Shown piece after piece: positions 56,585 through 64,000 of a DNA stretch of 64,000 nucleotides (position 1 is its first letter; each line of letters opens with the position of its first letter). The notes under the pieces were generated by a model. It did not search any database, was not told where the DNA came from, and worked only from the letters and a program-made list of their open reading frames with translations. The stretch covers positions 3,712,001 to 3,776,000 of the forward strand of contig OZ220696.1 of NCBI GenBank assembly GCA_965116495.1, in the 5' to 3' direction. A program made the position numbers and the translations under genes. The stretch is from Gammaproteobacteria bacterium. GTDB lineage: Bacteria > Pseudomonadota > Gammaproteobacteria > Eutrophobiales > Eutrophobiaceae.

Positions 56585-58174
56585 ATGAATATGACTGAGC
56601 AAGCACCGGCGCGCGTTGCCGTCATCGGCTGCGGTTACTGGGGCAGGAATCTGGTGCGCAATTTTGCCGACCTTGGGGCGCTGGTCGCGGTGTGCGACAC
56701 GGACCCGGAACTGGCGCGGCAGTTCGGTGACAAATACCAGGTCGGCACGCCTGTGTTTGAAGAAGCGCTCCGGGATGCGGATATCGACGCGGTCGCCATC
56801 GCCACACCGGCCGTGACCCATTCGGCTTTCGCCAGGCAGGCGCTGGCGGTTGGAAAACACGTATTTGTCGAAAAACCCGTCGCCCTGGACGTTGACGCCG
56901 CCGAAGAATTGAATACGCTGGCAAAACAGCAGGAACGGGTGTTGATGGTAGGCCACCTGCTGCAGTATCACCCTGCGTTCATACGGCTGAAGGAACTGGT
57001 TGCGCAGGGCGGGCTGGGGCGCCTGCGCCATATCTATTCCCACCGTCTTAACCTGGGGAAAGTCAGGCGCGAGGAGAACATACTCTGGAGCTTCGCACCC
57101 CATGATATTTCCATGATCCTGTCACTGGTTGGTGAGGAACCGGACCGGGTCTCTGCCGTGGGCAGTTTTTTCCTTCAATCGCAGGTTGCCGACGTGACCA
57201 CGACCCACATGTCTTTCCCCGGCGGGGAAAACGCCCATGTTTTCGTGTCCTGGCTGCATCCTTACAAGGAACAGAGACTGGTCGTCGTGGGTGACGACGG
57301 CATGGCGGTGTTCGATGATACCCTGGAGTGGGAGCAGAAATTGCAGATTTACAGGCACAGGATACTCTGGGAAAACAGTCTGCCCACGCCGGACAAGGCC
57401 GAGGCCGAGGCGGTTGCCGTAATCCCGGCAGAGCCGTTACGGGAGGAACTGTCCCATTTCCTGAACTGCATTACCGGAAAGGCAAGCTGCCGCACCGATG
57501 GCAACGAAGGAATACGCGTGTTGAGAGTGTTACAGGCTTCGGAACAAGACATACTGAAACAACATACGCGCCAGGAGGCGGGAACCATGAATCCGGGAGG
57601 TCAAAAAATGGCTGACTGTTTTGTCCATGAAACCGCGGTTGTAGATGGTCATTGCCATATCGGCAAGGGCACCCGGATCTGGCATTTCAGCCATGTCCTG
57701 ACAAACTCCAGCATAGGGGAGAACTGCATCCTGGGGCAGAACGTCATGGTGGGTCCCGACGTGAGCATGGGCAATAACTGCAAGATCCAGAATAACGTCA
57801 GCATCTACAAGGGTATTACGCTGGAGGACGGCGTATTCTGCGGACCGTCCTGTGTGTTTACCAACGTGAACAACCCGCGTGCCGAACTGGAGAAGAAAGA
57901 CCAGTTCGCAGACACCCGGGTCAGGCAGGGTGTGACCATCGGCGCCAATGCCACCATCCTGTGCGGCATCGAACTCGGAGAATACTGTTTCATTGCGGCC
58001 GGAGCCGTCGTAACCGGGGATGTACAACCGTTTGTGCTGATGGCGGGAACGCCTGCGAAACAGGTCGGCTGGGTGGGGCATTACGGCGAGCGGCTGGGAG
58101 ACGACCTAGTGTGCCCGAAGACGGGGAAACAGTATCGCCTGAACAGCGACGGCCGGCTCGAACCAGTGGATTGA
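56585..58174 (+). CDS. Gfo/Idh/MocA oxidoreductase fused to hexapeptide N-acetyltransferase (WbpB-WbpD-like)
   Basis: IGCGYWGRNL, VFVEKP, APHD; C-terminal IWHFSHV, CKIQNNVSIY, CGPSCVFTN, IGANATI. Confidence 0.9.
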   Translation: MNMTEQAPARVAVIGCGYWGRNLVRNFADLGALVAVCDTDPELARQFGDKYQVGTPVFEEALRDADIDAVAIATPAVTHSAFARQALAVGKHVFVEKPVALDVDAAEELNTLAKQQERVLMVGHLLQYHPAFIRLKELVAQGGLGRLRHIYSHRLNLGKVRREENILWSFAPHDISMILSLVGEEPDRVSAVGSFFLQSQVADVTTTHMSFPGGENAHVFVSWLHPYKEQRLVVVGDDGMAVFDDTLEWEQKLQIYRHRILWENSLPTPDKAEAEAVAVIPAEPLREELSHFLNCITGKASCRTDGNEGIRVLRVLQASEQDILKQHTRQEAGTMNPGGQKMADCFVHETAVVDGHCHIGKGTRIWHFSHVLTNSSIGENCILGQNVMVGPDVSMGNNCKIQNNVSIYKGITLEDGVFCGPSCVFTNVNNPRAELEKKDQFADTRVRQGVTIGANATILCGIELGEYCFIAAGAVVTGDVQPFVLMAGTPAKQVGWVGHYGERLGDDLVCPKTGKQYRLNSDGRLEPVD

Positions 58175-58184
58175 CGTATTATCC

Positions 58185-58305
58185 GTCATTCCCGCGCAAG
58201 CGGGAATCCAGTAAAATAGTGTGTCGCCCAAGAGGCGACCCTTTATATTACTGGATTCCGGAGCCTGCCCCAGCATACTTTAAGCCAGGGTCAAGCCCAA
58301 ATGAC
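58185..58305. repeat. Family E REP doublet (ATTCCC-N8-GGGAAT core)
   Basis: GTCATTCCCGCGCAAGCGGGAATCCAG..GTCGCCCAAGAGGCGAC..CTGGATTCC. Confidence 0.8.
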
Positions 58306-58349
58306 GAACGAGGGAATCAGTATAAAAAGTTGGGAGATCACTAACAGAG

Positions 58350-59471
58350 ATGGAACAAAGGTCTGTAGAATTCATCGACCTCAAAGCGCAACAGCGGCGT
58401 CTGGGTGACAGGATTCCGAAGGCAATTCAACGGGTGCTGGACCACGGCCGATACATCCTGGGGCCGGAAGTGTGGGAGCTGGAGCAACAGCTTGCCCGTT
58501 TCAGCGGCGCCAGGCATGTCATCAGTTGCGCCAGCGGCACGGATGCCCTGGTGATGGCCCTGCTGGCAAAGGGAGCGGGTCCCGGTGATGCTGTTTTTAT
58601 TCCAGCGTTCACTTTTGTCGCCACTGCGGAGGCGGTCGCACTGCTGGGCGCCACACCGGTCTTCGTCGATGTCGAACCGGGCAGCTTCCTGCTGGACATT
58701 GCAAGTCTGGACGCCGCCTTGGAGACGGCAAACCGGGCCGGGCTGGCGCCGAAAGGCATTATTCCCGTGGACCTGTTCGGACAGCCGTGTGCTTACGCGG
58801 AAATAAACGCATATGCCCGGGAGAGCGGGCTGTTTGTCATCGCCGACGCCGCCCAGAGTTTTGGCGCGCGCCTGGACGGCAACCGGGTCGGGACCCTGGC
58901 AGAACTGACCGCCACCAGTTTTTTTCCGGCCAAGCCCCTGGGTTGCTATGGTGATGGAGGCGCCCTGTTCACGGATGATGATGAACTTGCAGACAGGTTG
59001 AGAAGCCTGCGGGTGCACGGCAAGGGCGCGCACAAGTACGACAATGTGCACATCGGTATCAACGGCAGACTGGACACCATCCAGGCAGCGGTACTGCTGG
59101 AAAAACTCCCGATATTCGAGGAAGAGATCGCCCTGCGCGACCGGGTTGCACAAAGATACGGCAAACTGCTGGAGGACCTGGTCGTTACCCCGGCGCCACG
59201 TGCCGGGTCCATCTCCGTCTGGGCGCAATATACGATACAGTCAGGCGAACGTGATGCGATAGCGCAGGAACTGAAACGGCAGGACATCCCGAGTGCGGTC
59301 TATTACCCCGCGTCCCTGCACCGGCAGACCGCATACAAAGGCTATCCCCGCGCGCGGGACCTGGCCGTGTCCGAAAGCCTGAGCGCGCAGGTATTGAGCC
59401 TGCCCATGCATCCGTATCTTGAGGAGGAAGCGCAAAGCGGGATTTGCGATGTCATCCGGCAGGCATTATGA
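58350..59471 (+). CDS. DegT/DnrJ aminotransferase (WbpE-like)
   Basis: FIDLKAQ, YILGPEV, SGTDAL, DAAQSFGA, SFFPAKPLGCYGDGG, LSLPMHPYL. Confidence 0.93.
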   Translation: MEQRSVEFIDLKAQQRRLGDRIPKAIQRVLDHGRYILGPEVWELEQQLARFSGARHVISCASGTDALVMALLAKGAGPGDAVFIPAFTFVATAEAVALLGATPVFVDVEPGSFLLDIASLDAALETANRAGLAPKGIIPVDLFGQPCAYAEINAYARESGLFVIADAAQSFGARLDGNRVGTLAELTATSFFPAKPLGCYGDGGALFTDDDELADRLRSLRVHGKGAHKYDNVHIGINGRLDTIQAAVLLEKLPIFEEEIALRDRVAQRYGKLLEDLVVTPAPRAGSISVWAQYTIQSGERDAIAQELKRQDIPSAVYYPASLHRQTAYKGYPRARDLAVSESLSAQVLSLPMHPYLEEEAQSGICDVIRQAL

Positions 59472-59607
59472 TAGCCGCCGCCATCCCTCTGACCGGCAGC
59501 GTTTTATTGAAGTTGTCGAAACCGAGTTGCTGGGCTTGCACGAGGGGAATATTGCCCGTTACCGTTTGCGTCCGGTGGAATTTCAGGAATGGCAGCGGGA
59601 GTGGTGA
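59470..59607 (+). pseudogene. Orphan C-terminal gene fragment, resembling Fic-family C-termini
   Basis: DRQRFIEVVETELLGLHEGNIARYRLRPVEFQEWQREW*, no credible start. Confidence 0.55.
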
Positions 59608-59665
59608 CAGGAACCCGGTGACACCATCGTCTTTACTGATTTTCGGAAGCGTATAGCTCGGCAAC

Positions 59666-60361
59666 TCAGCCAAACGATCTGGGACGGAACGAATCCTTGT
59701 TGATAATGCTGGCGCTGTCCCCCGTCGCCCGTATCACGAATAAGCCCTGACGCTCGGCAAATACAGCCGCCGACTCGTCTGCGCGCAGGTAAGCCATCGC
59801 GCCATACACCCGGTCGCGCTGGTATCGCCACTCCCGTTGCTTGAAAAACTCTATGCCTGCCAGAAATGCGCGCACATCAGCCACTTTCATGGTAGTCTTC
59901 ACCTCTACCACTACCACCACCTCGCCATTATGTGCAACAACGTCGTATTCCCATTGTGCTGCGCCGCGCTGACCCCTGACTCTCGTGGATGTGTGATAAA
60001 CATCAATGTTCCGGGCCTGTAACAGTTCAACGAGTTTGCCTTCAACCAGGCTCTCCACCAGCTTGCCCCACTGACTGGTAAATAACTCTTCGGCCTTTTT
60101 CAGACGTATGTCGGCTTCCTTTGCCCGCTTGTCAGCTTCCTGCGATCGTTTGCGATCTTCCTCCGCTCGCTTGCGGTTTTCCTCCGCGGTTTCGGCCATG
60201 AGCCGTCTGACTTCCCGGATTTCCTGCTCTGTCTTTTGACGGTCTTGCTCTCGCTTTTCTTCAGCCTGTTCGGCAGCCTCTTTCTGCTTCCGGGTGATTT
60301 CGCGCAGGACAGCCCAGATTTCCTCCGGGGTGGCAGGGGGTTGTTCAGTATAAGCACTCAT
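59666..60361 (-). CDS. Coiled-coil + PD-(D/E)XK nuclease-like protein (DUF3782-like)
   Basis: ATPEEIWAVLRE, heptad-rich segment, QWGKLVESLV, EYDVVA..VVEVK, GLFVIRATGDSA. Confidence 0.75.
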   Translation of the reverse strand: MSAYTEQPPATPEEIWAVLREITRKQKEAAEQAEEKREQDRQKTEQEIREVRRLMAETAEENRKRAEEDRKRSQEADKRAKEADIRLKKAEELFTSQWGKLVESLVEGKLVELLQARNIDVYHTSTRVRGQRGAAQWEYDVVAHNGEVVVVVEVKTTMKVADVRAFLAGIEFFKQREWRYQRDRVYGAMAYLRADESAAVFAERQGLFVIRATGDSASIINKDSFRPRSFG

Positions 60362-60871
60362 AGGTAAATTCTCCTTATGCTATGATTTGATAGCTCTGCA
60401 GTATAACACGTTCAGTTGGGTTGATACCGACCTGGTCCTTCCGGCAACCGCGGGCGGGGCGCCCTCCCCCAGAGCGGTTGCAACATGCCCTTGCCAAAGG
60501 GGGTGGCTTGGGAGGTCAGTAACAGATGCAAAACCACCCCCTTGGCACCCTCGGGCTGTCCTTGATCCGTGGCCCTGGCGAATACAAACGGGGCCGCCCT
60601 CGGGTATGCAGGCATTCAACGGCTCGAATTCCTTTCGACCGGCCAGCCGGCGTTGTTTATTCTTGTCCATGCCGGACCGACCGCTGCCTGATTTCCCTAT
60701 GGCAACGATGATTTTATCCGGCCCGTATGGATTGAAAAGCAAAAAATCAATAAAAATGTGAGAAAAGTCACATTTTGGTGAAAAAAGTACGAATATTTGT
60801 TATTGGAAGCTGGATATATGCCGCGTTCCGGTCAGCGTGCCTGACAAGGCTGCTTTTATTGAGACTTGTAT

Positions 60872-62023
60872 TCAGGTGCGCAGCAGTTTCTTATAGAGCG
60901 CGACCAGTTTCTCTGCTTCGGTTTCCCAGTTGTAGTGTTTTTCCACCGCCGCGCGGCCGCGCTTGCCCATGGCTTCAGCTTTATCGGGGTGGTCCAATAT
61001 CCATTGCATGGCTTCGGATATGGCCTGCGGGTCCAGCGGGTCGACAAGCAGGCCGCATTCCGCATCTTCAACAATGCTCCGCCACAAGGGGAAATCGGAT
61101 ACGATGACCGGCAGGCCCACCGACATGTATTCAAACATTTTTGTGGGCCAGGCATCCAGGTATTTCGGCGTCGGATGTAATACGACCAGCCCGGCCAGAA
61201 CACTTCCGAGAATCCCGGCAACCTGTTTACGGTCAGCCCAGCCTGGGAAGTCTACCTGCCGCCAGCCCGGTGATGTCTGGACTTCCGCCTGCAGGCCAGC
61301 GGGCTGGAATGCGCCGGCGAGACAGAGTTGGATATCCTGTCTCCCTCTCCCTTTCGTGTAGCTTATCGCGGTTATCATTTCGTTGATGCCGCGTATCCTG
61401 GTTATCCCACCGATATAAGCAAAGTGAGGCGGACGTTTCTGGTAGGGAATACTTTCCGTCGTGACCAGTTCATCCAGGATGGGGAAGTTCTGCACCAGCG
61501 TCGTCTTGTGAGGAGGGAAACGCCCGGCAATTTTCGGCTCAGCCGGTACGATGGCGTCAAATACACAGGCCGCCAGCCATTCACAGGCTGACGCTGCCCA
61601 GGATACTGGCCGCCTCGTGATTGTCGGCAACCAGTACTTGGTCAATACCTGGCGCGGCAAGTCCTCGTGCACGTCATAAACCACACGGTAACTGAAGCAC
61701 TTCAGTATGACTCCCAGTGGAATCAGTTCAGGGTCATGGAAATGAACGACCCGTGGTTGCGCCTTTCGCACTGCGCGCCACATACGCCGGACGCCCAGCA
61801 TCATCCTTGTCAGATGTCCTGACGGCGCCTGTCCCGTGTCAATAATCCGTATCGTTCCGCCTGCTTCGATACTATCACCTTTGCCGTCCTGGACGAACAA
61901 CAACACAGTCCGACCCAGCTTTTTTGCCAACGTGCCTGCTTCTCTTACCCGGATCCGGGTGTCTCCACGCGGGTGAACACTGGTTAAAATGGCAATTTCT
62001 GTTTGTTCCATCATACTGATCAA
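60872..62023 (-). CDS. Glycosyltransferase family 4
   Basis: TSVHPRGDTRI, HFHDPELI, YDVHED, PTKMFEYMSVGLPVIVSDF, YNWETE. Confidence 0.93.
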   Translation of the reverse strand: MISMMEQTEIAILTSVHPRGDTRIRVREAGTLAKKLGRTVLLFVQDGKGDSIEAGGTIRIIDTGQAPSGHLTRMMLGVRRMWRAVRKAQPRVVHFHDPELIPLGVILKCFSYRVVYDVHEDLPRQVLTKYWLPTITRRPVSWAASACEWLAACVFDAIVPAEPKIAGRFPPHKTTLVQNFPILDELVTTESIPYQKRPPHFAYIGGITRIRGINEMITAISYTKGRGRQDIQLCLAGAFQPAGLQAEVQTSPGWRQVDFPGWADRKQVAGILGSVLAGLVVLHPTPKYLDAWPTKMFEYMSVGLPVIVSDFPLWRSIVEDAECGLLVDPLDPQAISEAMQWILDHPDKAEAMGKRGRAAVEKHYNWETEAEKLVALYKKLLRT

Positions 62024-63291
62024 GTTGCTCGTGCGGTTTCAATCGTACTCAACCTGAATGAACTCAGCGCCTGCAAGATGTAGAACAGGCACCCCGATAC
62101 GGACAGGAAGCTCACCAGTATGACCGGGTCCTGCCGCATCCAGCCCAATACCAGGGACAACGCCACCATGACGAAAAAGAACGATTGAAGCAACAGGACA
62201 AGCTTGAGTTTTTCCCGGATGAACAGCACGCCGCCCAGTGGTGCGCAGGCCAGTCTCAACAAGGCCATTGGGGCCAGAATCGTTGCGTAGAGTCCCGCTT
62301 CGCGCCAGTCCTCGCCGAAGACAAAAGCAAAAATTTCCTGGCCGAACAGGATTAACAGCAGTGCCGGCGGCAGGCCGATAATGGACAGCGATAACAGGGT
62401 TTTTATGAACAGGGGCCTGCAGGTGCCGTGTTCCTTCAGGTCTTCCATGGCCCTGCTCCTGAACACCTCCATCATTGCTTCACCGATCAGCGCGATGGGC
62501 AGCATCAGGACCCGGAACACCAGGAAGTACATGCCGGCAACGGCGCTGGTGAATATTGCCGGGATGATCACGTAGGGCATCTGCAGTGACAGCACGTTCA
62601 GCAGGCTTGCCGGCGAGCCTAGAAACGGGAATTTCCTGTATCGCCTGATCAAGGCATACTGCCTGACGCGGTTGAATTCCGGCAGTTTGACGGTGGCTGT
62701 TATCCTCCTGAGGATTAACAGCAACGCAGCGGCCCTCCCCAGACAGTCTGCTATGGCGAGTCCGGTCGTGATTTTTGGGGCAAGCCCGACAGCCACCTGC
62801 AGGGCAGATATGGACCCGCTCTGTATAACCCGGTTTCGGCTCATCAGTCCATACTGTTTTTTCCTGTTCAGCCAGTGCAGCAGGACCTTGTAGACGGAGA
62901 AAAGAAAAATGCTGAACGGCACGATATACAGCCAGTTCTCGAATCCGGGCTGTCCCGACAGGGCTGCGATCTGCTGCCCCCAGACGGCGACCGCGACCAG
63001 GACCAGCAGGCTTACGATGCCGGAAATGACAAAACTGATGATTGCAAGCTGCAGGGCCTCGCTGTCTTTCCTGGCGATCAGCACGGCCATCTCCAGCCGT
63101 CCGGTCGCGATCATGGCGCCGATGGAGATCAAGGCCATGTAAACGGCGAACAGACCGAATTCGGCCGGTGAGTAGATGCGCGTCAGGATCGGCGTGACCG
63201 CAACCGGGATAGCCTGGGCGATGGTCGTGCCTGACACCAGGGTCAGTACGTTTCGGACGTATTCCGATTTAACCCATTTGCCGGAGGACAC
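62020..63291 (-). CDS. Wzx-type polysaccharide flippase
   Basis: NVLTLVSGTTIAQAI, PILTRIYSPAEFG, RYRKFP, FGEDWREAG. Confidence 0.9.
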   Translation of the reverse strand: MSSGKWVKSEYVRNVLTLVSGTTIAQAIPVAVTPILTRIYSPAEFGLFAVYMALISIGAMIATGRLEMAVLIARKDSEALQLAIISFVISGIVSLLVLVAVAVWGQQIAALSGQPGFENWLYIVPFSIFLFSVYKVLLHWLNRKKQYGLMSRNRVIQSGSISALQVAVGLAPKITTGLAIADCLGRAAALLLILRRITATVKLPEFNRVRQYALIRRYRKFPFLGSPASLLNVLSLQMPYVIIPAIFTSAVAGMYFLVFRVLMLPIALIGEAMMEVFRSRAMEDLKEHGTCRPLFIKTLLSLSIIGLPPALLLILFGQEIFAFVFGEDWREAGLYATILAPMALLRLACAPLGGVLFIREKLKLVLLLQSFFFVMVALSLVLGWMRQDPVILVSFLSVSGCLFYILQALSSFRLSTIETARAT

Positions 63292-63318
63292 GGAAGCGAT
63301 ACCTGTGCTGAAGTGAAT

Positions 63319-64000
63319 TCAACCCTGGTCGTTTGTCTGGCTGACCAGTGCCTGGGCCAGGACCCCCCAGCCCAGCGCCGGCAACGGCCAGAAGACCGGT
63401 TTGGAGACGATGATCAGCATCAGGCAGACAAAGTTCAGCGTAAACGCAAACATCCAGAGCAGCTCATCCACCTGCTTGAGTATGACATGACGGGCGGACA
63501 CCAGGCAACCGTACAGGGCCAGGGCCAGGTACAGGAGAAAACCTGCGAGACCGTAGCTGACCCATGCGGACAGGGCGTTGTGCGCATACCTGCCTGCGTG
63601 ACCTTTTGCAAACTTACCGGTATTTTCCGTCAATACGTGCCCGCCGAATTTACCCAGCAGCGGGTTCTCCGCGATTTGTTCGAGGGCTTTGTCCTGCAGG
63701 GCAAGCCGGCCTTTCCAGGATTTTGAGGAAAAGATGTCAAGCACTTCAAACTGGCGGCTGAGGCGCGGGGGTGGGGCGGCTGCACCCGGTGCGGGCGTTG
63801 TCTGGAGTGCAGGGGAGGAATTATCCCCGGCCGGGCCGGCTTGTTCCGTAGCGGGAGGCTTGTCGATGCCCGCCGCCGTAGCTGCCTGGGCGGGTTTCCC
63901 GGACGCCTGAGTCGTGTCATCAGCGCCGGGCAGCCTGTCCGCGGCCGGTGCCGGTTCCGCTTGTTCCGTGGTGCGGGTTTCCAGAAAAACCTCGATGCGA
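63319..64000 (-). CDS. O-antigen ligase/polymerase-like membrane protein, 5' end outside window
   Basis: Frame open to the window edge; SWKGR..ENPLLG..YAHNALSAWVSYGLAGFLLY; Pro/Ala-rich loop. Confidence 0.7.
   Translation of the reverse strand, partial: RIEVFLETRTTEQAEPAPAADRLPGADDTTQASGKPAQAATAAGIDKPPATEQAGPAGDNSSPALQTTPAPGAAAPPPRLSRQFEVLDIFSSKSWKGRLALQDKALEQIAENPLLGKFGGHVLTENTGKFAKGHAGRYAHNALSAWVSYGLAGFLLYLALALYGCLVSARHVILKQVDELLWMFAFTLNFVCLMLIIVSKPVFWPLPALGWGVLAQALVSQTNDQG

Overview
A 64 kb chromosomal segment, probably from a Gammaproteobacterium (gltX followed by tRNA-Ala/tRNA-Glu, dxs, glcB, lptFG), dominated by cell-envelope lipid and glycan genes. It holds (i) a partial hopanoid locus (hpnH, hpnB, hpnM, mlaA, divergent dxs); (ii) a phosphonate operon (pgi - cytidylyltransferase - PEP mutase/NTP-transferase fusion - phosphonopyruvate decarboxylase); (iii) a ~17 kb Caulobacter-type sphingolipid locus (acyl-ACP ligase, CerR, ACP, Spt, flippase, HIT, bCerS, two NTP transferases of which one is frameshifted, a local LptF/LptG pair, metallophosphoesterase, CDP-alcohol transferase, Tam41-like protein, LpxO-like hydroxylase) with no ceramide kinase; (iv) cofE/cofD; (v) polysaccharide and nucleotide-sugar genes. 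It also has three tRNAs, a small tRNA-Arg islet with an MNT-HEPN pair, vapBC and an orphan antitoxin. Most intergenic spaces carry palindromic repeats or MITEs from at least eight families. Two of these repeats sit in frame inside housekeeping enzymes (ArgS, Pgi), and others supply stop codons. All functional calls come from motifs and gene context read by eye; no database search was run.
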